A stretch of DNA of 64,000 nt from Nemertoderma westbladi. Taxonomy: Eukaryota; Animalia; Xenacoelomorpha. Shown here piece after piece: positions 52,311 through 64,000 of the stretch. How positions within the stretch are numbered: position 1 is the first letter of the stretch; every line of letters starts with the position of its first letter. Made by a program: the position numbers and the translations under genes. The notes under the pieces are model-generated. The model did no database searches, was not told where the DNA came from, and worked only from the letters and a program-made list of their open reading frames with translations. Location: contig JAUCBJ010007789.1 in NCBI GenBank assembly GCA_032718475.1, positions 40,011-104,010 of the forward strand. The letters are read 5' to 3'.

Positions 52311-55300
52311 ATGGAATCAGATGGAGTTGGGCCACCTAGAAGAATTAATAATCCAGGGAAAATCAGAAAATCGTCGAGTTATGACGACGGCACTACCGGT
52401 AGGCCTATGTATTCATCTTCCCTACCAAAAACGTTAGTGTTTACAAGAAGTTTCAGGCCAGCGGATCCTTCGCTAGACGCTCCATCGCATAGTTACACTA
52501 GTAGTACTGGTGTTCGATATCCTCCGAGACATGGCTATGTTAGCAGACCCCATGGCTATAGTACCAGTCGATCCATGCCAGTATCCATTACTAAGCAACA
52601 ATCCGATGCAACTGCACTAAAATCAACTATACCGGTAGTTGAGCCTTGTTTTGTTGAAACTGACACAGATATAAGCCTTGGGAAAAACATTGATAAGTTG
52701 CATCCTAAAGCTAAGGGCCTCAAGTCTGCGCCTCTACAAGATCCTCAACATGACAGAGATCCTGAGTTATCTGTAAAATCATCTTCGCCAGCGTTTGGAT
52801 CTAAGAGCCAGACACGCAAAAACTACGTCAAAGATAACCAAACATCGCCCCGTAAAGTTACGAGTCCTCAGCCAAGAAATAGGCCTACCCAGTTTTCTAA
52901 GAAGGAACAGCATGACTCCGTTTCTGCGTCACCAATTAATAAAGAATCGAAGCCTGTTCTACAGCCCACAACCAGAGCTACAGAAATTCACCTAACTGCC
53001 CTATCTCATATATCTCCATCTGCAACAAGTTCGACAACATCTAATACCGGTACCCTACCGGTAAGGAATAAACCAGCGACGGAGGTTCATCGTCAACAAA
53101 TTGAAACCGAAACTAAACTAACTACTACCGCAGCCACAAAGCAGCCTACTGAATCCGAAAAGTCGTCAGGTGCATCATCCGACAGTCACTTTAACCGGCA
53201 CAAATCTGATAGACCATTTAAACCGTCATTTGGCTATAATAGGAGGCAAGATTATTACAAATATAATAACAATATTCCGATAAATAGAAGAAGTAGAAAA
53301 TTCCATCCAACTCGACCAAATGCGCCACAAATAGAAGAAATCCATGTCGTTAAAACAAACCAGAATCTATGTAATGTTGATATTGGAGAATCTCGCAAGG
53401 AAGACGTTGATAAAACACAATCGGTTACGGTCCAAACAGCCGTGGATGACGCCGTGAAGGTTGTTGAGGTTAAAGTGTCGGAAATCCAACTGAACGCGGA
53501 AATGCGGCGTCCGTTGGTGGTTTACAATAACGGAAGCGACGTGTTGGAACCGGAAGCCGTTAACATACCGGAAGTGGAGGTTACAGGCGAATCGTTAAGT
53601 AAGGCTCCCGATAGTGAGACATTCAATCCCAGCAATATGATAGAAGAAGTTCTTAACGAGAGTGTTGGTAACCAAAATGTTAACGAATCGGAGAAGGATG
53701 ATGTTGCTACGTCCCAGAAATTCATATCGAAGGAACCCAAATATCTGGTGGATGTTAACGGTCCTCAGATAATCGTCCATGTTGTCGCGGATAGGAGGAG
53801 TCCGACCTCTTCCAGTCCCATCGATGTACCGGTAGGTTCATCTACGGGGAGACCGCTGGGCGAGCCCAGTAGTGCTGCGGACGGGGATGGCAGTAGTGGG
53901 CGGGGCGGCGACTGGAACATCTGCTCGCAGGACGCGCAGTACTCGCCCAAGAACACGGGGACCTCGTACTACGACACCCGCTGCGGCGTGTCCCAGAGCT
54001 CGGGCAACATGGAGCGGGACCTGTACGCGGCCCCGGTGGGACATGTCCCGCGCACCGCCGAGTCTCAGGGCTCGACGGCGACCACCTACGGGGGCGAGCA
54101 GCTGTCCACCGGCTCCTCTTGGTTCCCCGTCATCGACCCCCAATCCCTCCCCTATTACTACAACCCGTACCAACAGCCGCCGCTTATCCTGCCGCCTCAG
54201 AGCCAGGATTACTGCCAGTTCCAAACGAACTCGGGTTACTTCGACGCGTCTGTTGCCGACAATGTAATCGTTCAACCGGAAGTGGACCCGCGTCAACCGG
54301 AAGTGGACGCGAGCTGCGTATACGAACTGTCGGTTCCTTCCCCCGGAATCACCTGCGACGAGTTGGAGCAGCAGATTATATCGGATCCGGCGTGGAACCT
54401 TCCAAGATCGGAGGCGGATTGCGAGACTACGTCTGTGGCGGGTTCGCGAGACGGCGGCACAGGGCCCCCGGGGTTCATAATGGGGCCGCCCAGTCTGTCC
54501 GGCCGGATCCAGACGCCACCGTCCGGTCGCCACACTGCGCCGCCCCAACACGCAGCCGTCATCGTGGACAACTTCCCGATGCCGCAGTACGACCCGGCCA
54601 CCAAGTTCGCGGTTCTCTCGCCGCCCGAGTCGGTTCTCTCGTCCCACTACGATATCAACTCGCTGAGCGGGTTGCCGCCGATAGAGAAGATACGTGTCCC
54701 GTCGCCTTCGACGTGGGACGCCGGCGCGTGCGAGGGGGCCGTTGCGTGTAACGTCGCGCGGGACAAGTCCCCGGACGCCAGCTGTCCCACCAACCCGTCT
54801 TCCGTGCACGACAACTTCAGTCTGGCCGCCGCCAACTCGGATATCCCCGAATGCGGTTCGCCTAAATACGCGGTGGACTTCCTGGAGTCGGCGGAGGGCG
54901 TGTCGTTAGACCAGGGCTCCCAGTCCGTCTACTCGGACAGCCAATCGGAGGCCGCTGAGGTGGTCCTGCAGCCGGTCTACCAGCCGGTCCGCTACGCCGT
55001 GGTCCCCAACCCCCCGCCCCCCGTAATGAACCCTTACATGGCGGCCCCCAACCCGGCCTACCTCGGCTACGTGCAGCACCCCTTCCAGCACATCTTCCCC
55101 CATCCCATGGTCCAGCCATTCTTCTTCAACAACGGTCGCGTTGATGACAATGCCTTCTACCAGTCCCCGGTGCTCCTCGGGGGTAATTCCCCCGGGGCTC
55201 CTGGCGCGATGGGGTCCTTGCAACCGGTGCATCCGGCCACCTTCCATTCTCCGTCGTACCTAACGCCACATCCTACGCCACACCCTACACCACATCCTAC

Positions 55301-55991
55301 GCCACACCATACGCCACATCCTACGCCCCACCCTACACCACATCCTACGCCACATCCCTCGATGCATCTGCCGCAGCAACAAACAATCCATCTCCACCCT
55401 TCACCCCATCCTCCAGTGCATCCCCACCTGTCACCCCATCCCCCCGCTAGAACCCACCATCCCCACCCGAACTCGGCCGTGAGGAATCTGTGCCGGGAGG
55501 AGGCGGCGGCCGCCCCCGCCTTCCCGGGCGTCAGCCAGGTCTCGCCGCCGCTCAACCAACCCGCCGAGCCGCAATGCCACCCGCCGCTCATGGGGCTTGG
55601 CCAGCAGCAGAACCTCGTCCAACCGGTCGAGTTCAACGACGTGCTGAGCGAGCGAGCCGAGTTCGATCAGCCGCAGTGGTGCAAAGTCCGTCAGTCGACG
55701 ACCACGCACCCCGAGCACCCGGGAATGCCGCCCGATGTGGTGCCGCAGTCGCCGGCGGCGCCACCCGCCAGACAGACCGTGGCCCGTAGCTCCACGCGAG
55801 CAGACTCGGCGGTGCCGGCACAGAACATGCCGCCTCTAGGTATGTTATGTCCCGTGATTACCTCTATCTACCCCATGACGTACTACGGTGCTCCCATGAT
55901 GTACCCCCCTGGCATGACCCCTCCTGTGATTGGCCAATCGCCTCTTCCCGGCAGACCTAGACTTCTTTCAGACAGCAAAAACAACCCGTAG
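52311..55991 (+). CDS. 1226-aa uninterrupted ORF, Ser/Thr/Pro-rich, likely disordered, (TPHP)n tract; function unknown
   Basis: 3.7-kb open frame in AT-rich DNA with strong GC3 bias in its 3' half; no recognisable domain. Confidence 0.75.
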   Translation: MESDGVGPPRRINNPGKIRKSSSYDDGTTGRPMYSSSLPKTLVFTRSFRPADPSLDAPSHSYTSSTGVRYPPRHGYVSRPHGYSTSRSMPVSITKQQSDATALKSTIPVVEPCFVETDTDISLGKNIDKLHPKAKGLKSAPLQDPQHDRDPELSVKSSSPAFGSKSQTRKNYVKDNQTSPRKVTSPQPRNRPTQFSKKEQHDSVSASPINKESKPVLQPTTRATEIHLTALSHISPSATSSTTSNTGTLPVRNKPATEVHRQQIETETKLTTTAATKQPTESEKSSGASSDSHFNRHKSDRPFKPSFGYNRRQDYYKYNNNIPINRRSRKFHPTRPNAPQIEEIHVVKTNQNLCNVDIGESRKEDVDKTQSVTVQTAVDDAVKVVEVKVSEIQLNAEMRRPLVVYNNGSDVLEPEAVNIPEVEVTGESLSKAPDSETFNPSNMIEEVLNESVGNQNVNESEKDDVATSQKFISKEPKYLVDVNGPQIIVHVVADRRSPTSSSPIDVPVGSSTGRPLGEPSSAADGDGSSGRGGDWNICSQDAQYSPKNTGTSYYDTRCGVSQSSGNMERDLYAAPVGHVPRTAESQGSTATTYGGEQLSTGSSWFPVIDPQSLPYYYNPYQQPPLILPPQSQDYCQFQTNSGYFDASVADNVIVQPEVDPRQPEVDASCVYELSVPSPGITCDELEQQIISDPAWNLPRSEADCETTSVAGSRDGGTGPPGFIMGPPSLSGRIQTPPSGRHTAPPQHAAVIVDNFPMPQYDPATKFAVLSPPESVLSSHYDINSLSGLPPIEKIRVPSPSTWDAGACEGAVACNVARDKSPDASCPTNPSSVHDNFSLAAANSDIPECGSPKYAVDFLESAEGVSLDQGSQSVYSDSQSEAAEVVLQPVYQPVRYAVVPNPPPPVMNPYMAAPNPAYLGYVQHPFQHIFPHPMVQPFFFNNGRVDDNAFYQSPVLLGGNSPGAPGAMGSLQPVHPATFHSPSYLTPHPTPHPTPHPTPHHTPHPTPHPTPHPTPHPSMHLPQQQTIHLHPSPHPPVHPHLSPHPPARTHHPHPNSAVRNLCREEAAAAPAFPGVSQVSPPLNQPAEPQCHPPLMGLGQQQNLVQPVEFNDVLSERAEFDQPQWCKVRQSTTTHPEHPGMPPDVVPQSPAAPPARQTVARSSTRADSAVPAQNMPPLGMLCPVITSIYPMTYYGAPMMYPPGMTPPVIGQSPLPGRPRLLSDSKNNP

Positions 55992-57580
55992 GCAGCTGTC
56001 GATAAATTCAGTATTGTATAGATATATAAACGAGTTGTTACAGGTTATTTGAACTATAAAATATTCGTTATCTAAAACCATAGTGCCCGATATTATTTTA
56101 TTAGAATGATGGATGCAATTTACTTTACTATGTATGTAGGTACTAGTTAGTTGACCACTTTGCCTTTTACTCTTCGCCGTGGTGGAATTATATCCGTGCG
56201 AATGTCGAGTTTGTCGAACTATAACAATTACGAATCTTCTAAACTTGATTTTAATATATTTTACGAACGATTAGTAGCGATCTCGTGTATTTTATCATTG
56301 TGCTTAACTAGTTGGCCTTAAAAATATAACCTTACACATTAAATATCCAATCTATAAACACAACTTTACATATTGTTTAACTTCGACGATCAACTAAAGC
56401 CGATTTTTGGAAAGAAAATTGGGGGGTGATCTTCTTAGTTTCCATGGATATGGAGAATTTGTGAAATAATTTTGTACAAAATAGATTTTTTGAGCCTTTT
56501 TTTGATGTTTATCGCACCTGGTGCCTCAGACACATCCTAATTGTGTCAGATATAAATTTGATGACATGCTAAATCCTCATTCTCCAGTAATTCTCAGTAA
56601 TACAATCGTAAAATTAATAATGTTAAAAGTATTGTAAAATGTATATTTATTAATTAGTTATTAATTAATAAGCTTAATTAATTAATAAACAAGTATAACA
56701 AAACAAATGTGGAATTAATATTTGAGTTATATAATAAAAATTATTATAAGTAAGTCGTATTAAAAGGCCAATAAAGGTAAGCTTTGTACGACGTGTTGGT
56801 CTATCCCTCTATTGTCTATGGCTGCTTGGATTTTTTGCTCTAAGAGGAAGGAATGAGAATGTGGCAATTATATTTTAACTAAGAAATTTATTTTTTTATT
56901 CACAATTATAAAATTTAACATATCTTTTTGGAACCAACATTATTCATTGAATTTAACTACATAGTTTTATCTGGATTCTGTATTCTTGTCTGAATTATTA
57001 TGACTGTTATCTTTTATAATGTTTCTTTTATTAATAATGTATTTATAATAAATTTTAGAACGACACTACCGGTGCTACTATATAATTAGCACGTAAATAA
57101 ATAATTATTATACACAATCCCAGCAATTCATATTGTTGCTTCTTCCTATTATCAGCAAAATATAATTTTAATGTGGTTTTTATCTTTTTACTGTTGAATT
57201 TACATTATAATAATATTGTGTAAAGTAATTTTCAAGAAATACGGATACTTGCGTCTACTTTACTTTAATTATATTATTTGGTTCGCCAATTTGAAAAAGT
57301 GCACTCAGCCCTTTTTGCCCATTTTTATGTGATTTTTTCAACCTAATAATTGTATTTTAATTTTAAAGTTATTCATCCAGAACTGTAAGTGTCTATCTAT
57401 ATATCACTTTTTTATTGAATATGTTTCAGTCTTCACTTTACAATTTGCTGTTGGGAACAGTTTGTTGTATTAAGATTAGTATTAGAATACTGTGTTTGTT
57501 CGCTTTGTTTTTTCCAAAATTTTAAATTAAATTAAAAATTAAAATTAATAAATAACAGTATTTGAAGCTTTTTTTGTTAA

Positions 57581-58551
57581 CACGTTAGCTGCGGCTCCGA
57601 AACCACTGGTTCTTTGTTACTGCGGATTGTACACCCGTGAACATTCCTGTGCAGTTCCTCAACTGCGGATTGTGCACCGGTGTTCAACAAATAACTTTTT
57701 GTTAATTACATTTTGTGGGAATGCCTTTGGGTACCGGTGCTCAAATTCACTATCATTGTATTTATAAAACAATGGAGAACCACCATTAGAAAAAACCGCA
57801 TCCCAATAGCTCCGTCCAGTCCAGAGATAGTGGTTTGAATTTCATCAAAATTTTATATATTTTTTATGATTTTACTCTTACAGGATTCACAATTTTCGAT
57901 ACTGTACCAATAATTATTCCATCACATTAGTAAATGACATGGCCACTTCCAAAATTTCAGGGGGTAGCCCCATAGCATCCGCTCCCTTGGGTCCATTCTT
58001 GTGTATGGATATGCTGTATGGCTTGCGTATTAGATAATGTCTGGCTGGAGTTTAACGACCACCCATCAATCATTTGGGTTTTAAAAACATTTAGAAAGTA
58101 AAACAATATAAAAAAAATTGTTATTGTTACAACAGCACATTTGCTCATGCAATATAAATTAACACATGAAAAGTTAGCAGTTGTTATTGCTTAACTATCA
58201 ATGAACTAAATCAAATAGGACTAATAGCTATTGCTAATGCATTTTAAAAATCCCGCCATATTTATATAAGTTTAAATATTGAGCACCGGCGCTCAATCCG
58301 CACTGACACTTGTGCAGTGCGGATTGTGCACCGGTGCGTAAACCCGAAAAAATATATATGAGTCATATAGAGGTCACAGATACCAAATATGACAATGGCC
58401 AATGTATTTGAGCACCGGTGCTCAACTTATAGGCTCCGCACTAAGGGCTAACCAAGCCAAAATAGCAGTAAGAAGTTGACAGGGAGTAAAACCTGCCGCA
58501 TTAAAGTTAAAACACGAATTGTGGACCGGTGCTCAATCCGCAGCTAACGTG
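57581..58551. mobile_element. piggyBac-like MITE
   Basis: 14-bp TIR cacgttagctgcgg / ccgcagctaacgtg flanked by TTAA and TTAC; internal gcggattgtgcaccggtg repeats. Confidence 0.75.
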
Positions 58552-59419
58552 TTACTACTTTTTTATTTTCTATATAGTGAAAGAAAATTTAATCGAAAAT
58601 CATCGCAAATAAATAAAAATCCCATCCTGATCCTACTAATACAAAGAGTAAATAAACATGCCGTCACTCCATATTTTTAGTATTGGTGGACCATTTTGAA
58701 TATATATTTATGTGTTGCTATACCGCTGTGCCATAATATCTATCTATACAAATGTACATTGGTTGGTCCCTTGATTAAATAATGAAAAATCTTAAAAGTT
58801 ATTTTTAATAAATTTCAAAATTTGATCGGGTAGTAAAACTACTCAGAATTACAACAGTCCTATAAAATGCTACATTTTACGCCGTAAAGTAATCTATTAT
58901 TTAATTGTATTTCTGCCGCACTGATTTGTGATATTCGAGTAATTTTAAAATACGACCGCAAAGAAGATTAAAAAGTGTTAGATTACGCCGTGAAGAACGT
59001 AAATTTATTAGAAACTTAAAACATTATTTTGTTAGTAAAAAATGTGCTAGTGATCCCAAAATTTGAAGCCTCCAACAACCCCAACCGCTGCGTCACCCTA
59101 CCTCTTATACGATGTCCTTCTGCACTTTATTAACATATAATTATGAAGTGTATATATTTAGTTACATAGACAACGAAATGAGAATCATTTTACAATTTTA
59201 TTAAAAATAATATTATACGACGGTCTGACAGGTCAAATTTTTGCCATTTTACCTTTTTCCTAAGTATTCAAACTAACAAAGGGCAGTTAGTTAAATTTAT
59301 TGTAGGGTTTGAATTAACCGGAACTCCCTTATTGTCTCCATGTTCGGGGTCCCCACAACCTTAATGAATACGCCACGCTCGACGTCTTTAGAAACGTTGT
59401 TCGTGGCTTATTCATATTA

Positions 59420-59682
59420 AATATTAGGGTAATATTATTAGGAAGGGTCTTTCACCACGTGGGTGTTTTAAAATTGGGGGTGGGGGGGGGGGGGGGGGTG
59501 TTTACCGTATGGCAATTTCACCCATCACGGCGGTCTTCAGCGGTATATTTAAATTAAATATTATAAAACAAATTTAAAATCAGAAACAGGCAAATTTAAA
59601 AGGTTACCAAGTAGGATATCTTGATTTAAAGGAAAGTCACCACGTGGTAAAAGACCCTTCCTAATAATATTATCTTAATATT
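59420..59682. mobile_element. Small foldback/MITE with ~43-bp TIRs
   Basis: aatattagggtaatattattaggaagggtctttcaccacgtgg / ccacgtggtaaaagacccttcctaataatattatcttaatatt. Confidence 0.7.
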
Positions 59683-62600
59683 TTGTTAAGTTTTTCTCCT
59701 TCATAAAATTAATTGAAACGGTACCTCTATTCTATACTGTACGCACACGATTCGATTAGCTATGGTTTTTGAATTTGTCTTAATGTGCCGTTATAAACTG
59801 AATTTACTTTCCCAGTATTATTACCACAGTACCTGGTTTGTGAGCGTTTGTGTTAATGGGTTAATTTTTCTTATCTTTTTAGCACTTACTTAGTATAAAA
59901 TATAGTTTCTGTGAGAATTTATTCGTGCCTTATTTTAAAAAATTGTTTTACTTTGAATTTTAGTCAGAATAATAACATACCGAGTTGACATCATTTAGGT
60001 AGTTACAGTAGTCAGTCCATTATAAGGCGATTATCAGCCAGCTAAAGAAAATATATTGAAAGTCTCGAATAATAACATATTTTATGCGTACCTGTTTTAA
60101 TACCTCCTAACCGAATTTATTTTCAATTTCGTTTAGTTTATATTGGGTTTTGGCAGCCACCCATGCGCCTCTGTAGTCAGCTCGGAGGTTATTACATTAG
60201 CTGAAAATTGGAAGATTTAAATTTGGTAAATTTTTTAAATTTATTTGGTACCGATAGGCCTTTATTGGCAGCCGCATGGATAATAACAACAACGCACTAG
60301 ATTTCTATTGTACGGTTTTCAAGCAATATTTTATATTTTCATGAACTAATATTTATACACCCACTTTATTATATATTTTTCCCATTAGGAATTCGTATTT
60401 CTCTCTCAATATATTTGCGTGAAATTTGTGACTATATATGCATGCGTTATCTGTCAGCAGTGTTGGATAGGTTATTGTCACAAAATATTGATTTTCTACA
60501 CTAGAGAGTGTGGTACTGCTCATCTCTGAGTTAGTTTAATACAGGTTGTTGTTGCACTACAATTAATACTTTACCACACTTTGTCAAAGATTTTATAATG
60601 AATAGCTTCGTAAGTTTAAAGTTTTAGTTTATATCATAAATAATATATAAAGTCTTACTTGAAATGTATATTGAAATTTAGCTTCCAGTTTCAACCATTC
60701 AATCACTAATAGCAGCACTCACTCACCCGTATCCTTATATTAAATTACAATCAGTCCAGTTGTCGTAAATCATTCTTGTGGTCGTCGTTTAATCTGTCTT
60801 TTTTTTATATCAACCAGGATCTTTGTCTAGGTGTGACACACCTGGGCTTCCAATCAGGGGGCCTTTATTCGATCCCTAGGTGGGTCAGCACTGTTTGGGT
60901 ACAGTACTTTATATGCTTCAGCCTAGTCAAACCCAGAATATCTTCCTTGACTGGACGAAAAATGGGAACCAAGACCCTATAACCCTAGGCCCTAGCCAAG
61001 CCATAAACCTAACCTAACCCTAACATGAAACATTAACCCTGAACCGAACCCTAACGAAATTCGAAATGTTCGCGAAGATCGTGACGTTTGCAAAGCTCCA
61101 TGTCCAATACCCTGGTATTGTTAAACAATCAATTAATATTTACTGAAAAATAGCTAGTACAAAAAATGGCAGGCTGCCTCATGCAATAAAATTTCGCGAA
61201 GTTTGCCGGAGAATGTTCAAAATCATTGCCATAATGGACTTGGCCTACGGCCTTCTAAACAAGGCCGGGATCAGTTAGTTACATTGCAATTTGTTAATAA
61301 TTGGTTTAGACTTATCTCAGAATTTCATATTACCCCCGCCTCCTTTTTTTCGGATTGGTTTATTGGTCCGACACAAACAGTGCCAACACGGCCCTTAGTA
61401 CGTAGTACCTAAGACAATATTGCCTGAAATTCTTCTAAATTGCTTAGATTAGAGACAGGGGGAAAACTGAACGCAAAGCCAATATCGCCGAATTAATATC
61501 CCGCCTCAATGTTAAATTCTCAATTTAGGGAAGGAGCAGGTTACAGTGGCACGTTATTCTAACCAGAACAATAAACTACAGGCAATATAACGGGTTAGTT
61601 TTATTTTTGGGAGTAATCACCTAATCAGTTATTATTTGCGTCGAATTTCCCCTGAAAAGGGATTATTTTTTATTGCGTCGAAAGTCCCCCCCCCCCCCAC
61701 CCATATCTGTTAAGAGTTAGATTATGGCCAGTTGTTTAGAACGCCGCGAGTACAGTTCAATATTTAATCATTCTATGTCTCCAGTTTTTCTAGCCGTCCT
61801 GAGTGATTGACAGGCGTGTTGTTTAGAAGGCGTTGGTCACTCTCTAGTACTTACTTAATCTAGTGCTTAATTATTCAGAATGTTTTATTGTAATTTTATG
61901 AATGCCAAATTTGTTTGAACAGTGCATAGCATACATTAGTTCGTTACTAAGCTGGGATCCACGTATTGCGCTGGGACGAACGTCTCTTCCTGAGAGATCT
62001 TAATGAATTACGAACAGTTAACTTACACTAATTATTTGGCACAACTAGTGCTGCCCAAACGAGGGAGCGAAAGGGCAGCTCTAAACTACGGTGAGATTTA
62101 GTTTAACAATCTCAGCATGTTAGCAGGATGAGCTGGGGTGTCGACAAGCTTGTTATAAAGTATGCGGTACCTGAATATGGCCTACAGTTTGGCCTACATT
62201 TACATGTTGTTGCTTGTCCTATTAGTTAAATGCATGCACATACAAACAGCTAAAACGATGATTTCATTGCGTTGTTAATGATAGATCCCCAACAACCAAT
62301 GTTGGGTATTCATTGTTGTAAATACTAAATACCTCATGTCAAACTACCAATCACTTTCCAGATATCATGGCTTTATGCTGAAAGCACGACAAGTAGGAAT
62401 GAAATATCTGGAATGAAGCTGCCATAGTTTATTAATCAATGGTTGGTTGGGGGTGTACAGTGCAGCATGGTTGCCTTGGCGATGTGTGTAGGGTGTTTTC
62501 TGGGTGTAATAGGCTCCCTCTGATAGGATATGCTGCAGATCAATTCGTTATAATTTATTGTTATACGAGCTCTTAGCTCAATTCATGGGAATCGGGAATC

Positions 62601-63029
62601 CTAAACGTCACAAAGAGTTGCTGTCATTTTATTTGTTTAGTACTGGCAGGTGGTACTGTACAGTTGTAGTGTTAGTGCTACATTAACTATTTGTTTGGTA
62701 GTTTTTCTTTTCTTGTATACAAATACTGTAAAACGTGTATTAGAAACTGTAAACCTTAATTTACTAAGTACAGCTGGTAACGCCATGGTTGTGTATGTAC
62801 AGTATGCCAATATGTCTAGGCCTAACTACTGTATAATTATTCGCCTGGAAGTGAATAGGTTAGGCCTATTGTTATAATTTTAGACTCGAAATATTGCAAT
62901 TACAGTCTTATACACGTCCGTCATACAACACAGTACGTCAGTACCGTAACATTTATTCGTTATTCATATATTCTTATATTAATAAGAATGTGCTGTAAAT
63001 TTTAATGTAACAATCTATATTGCCACATT

Positions 63030-63195
63030 ATGTCAACAGTGACATTCGACTGCTTATTAGAAGAAATTTCAACGTCTGTTTCTGCAGATGATTTTCTACA
63101 ACTCAAAAAGGGTTGTCCTGTTGATGCAAGAAGTGATATCAATTCCATGTCAGCTTTCTACAAATATCTAAGAAAACGGGATAATTTATCTGAAG
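63030..63195 (+). CDS. Probable first coding exon of a death-effector-domain (DED) protein
   Basis: FDCLLEEISTSVSADDFLQLKKGC..INSMSAFYKYLRKRDNLS fits the DED helix pattern; donor GAAG/GTATGG at 63195/63196. Confidence 0.6.
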
Positions 63196-63892
63196 GTATG
63201 GTACTTTGTTATGCTCATACTATGTTATATGAGAGGTTTTTCCCACTCGCCGCGAGTGGGAAAAACCTCTAATATAACATCTCTCTCTCACTCGCGCAGT
63301 GTGGATGAACATTGGACACGTTCGTGGGGCCTTCGCGCATAACGAGAGCCTATATTAGAAGGTATATTATACTAATCTCTATTTGATATACGAAAACCGT
63401 CTTTCCCAAAATATATATGAGTGAAGGCGATGCTATCAGTTTGTGATAAACTAGTTTTAAAAACAGATATCCATTTCAGTTTGCCCTTTACACACTTTAA
63501 CTGTCATTTGTAAACCTTCTAACTAGGGCTATTTTAGTTAAGTATGAAATTATTAGTTTTACAATACTCTTCCCCTTCGTTAGCCTCGTTGCCCTCGTCC
63601 TGTTTTGTCTTAAAATAATTTTCCTAAACGGAGACTAACGACCTTTATAACTATGCAAAGTCTCGAAATTGTGAGAGAAACTGCAGATTTATGGCAGATG
63701 GATACTCGTATCCACTGTAAACTCGTTGCGTTCGTTCTTTTTTTTTTACCAAATTTCCGATTCTTTCTAGGCCTAAAGTTTTGACGGACTACATACGTAC
63801 CAAGTTTCGTTTAATTTCATCAAGGAATAAACGAGTTATTAGCGGTCAAAAATTTACGACGACGACAGACAACTCGCCAATGGTACCCATAT

Positions 63893-64000
63893 TACTACTA
63901 CTACTACTACTAGGATCGGCATGCTGCATTGCAGCTGCATTTTTAAGAATGCTGTGCCGGCTTGTCAACAAAATTGCACCGCCACAACTCCCTATCACCC
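63893..64000 (-). mobile_element. 3' end of a second copy of the RTE-like LINE
   Basis: (tac)n-taggatcggcatgctgcattgcag...ccctatcaccc is nearly identical to 49181-49279. Confidence 0.9.

Noticed and set aside
53522-55821. Overlapping alternative-frame and antisense ORFs within the 1226-aa ORF
   Set aside because: Expected from high GC3 content; no motifs.
60975-61055. Telomere-like aaccct repeats (also 42246-42259)
   Set aside because: Short and degenerate; typical of transposon-internal microsatellites.

Overview
AT-rich, repeat-dense invertebrate (metazoan) genomic DNA, not prokaryotic. 1-9927 is a degenerate BEL/Pao LTR retrotransposon on the minus strand, whose 3' LTR lies outside the window. 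10397-17262 is a young non-autonomous relative with near-identical 529-bp LTRs and a GTTTC target duplication. Both abut or sit in a 35-bp satellite that runs to about 24580. Next come an antistasin-type exon, a decayed ~490-codon ORF with DEDD 3'-5' exonuclease-like motifs beside a third, older BEL/Pao relic, and CR1-like and Helitron-like fragments. 34166-40005 is a complete IS3EU-type DNA transposon (6-bp TSD, long TIRs) carrying a transposase and a HECT-like gene. The rest holds several MITEs with visible TSDs, RTE-like LINE pieces, an intronless LRR ORF, a 1226-aa disordered ORF and a death-effector-domain exon. Most notable: neither LTR element has a tRNA primer-binding site. In both, the sequence abutting the 5' LTR is instead complementary to a site 176-177 bp inside its own LTR, and the two elements differ there by compensatory changes. 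This suggests Tf1-like self-primed reverse transcription in a BEL/Pao lineage. All calls are by eye, with no database searches.
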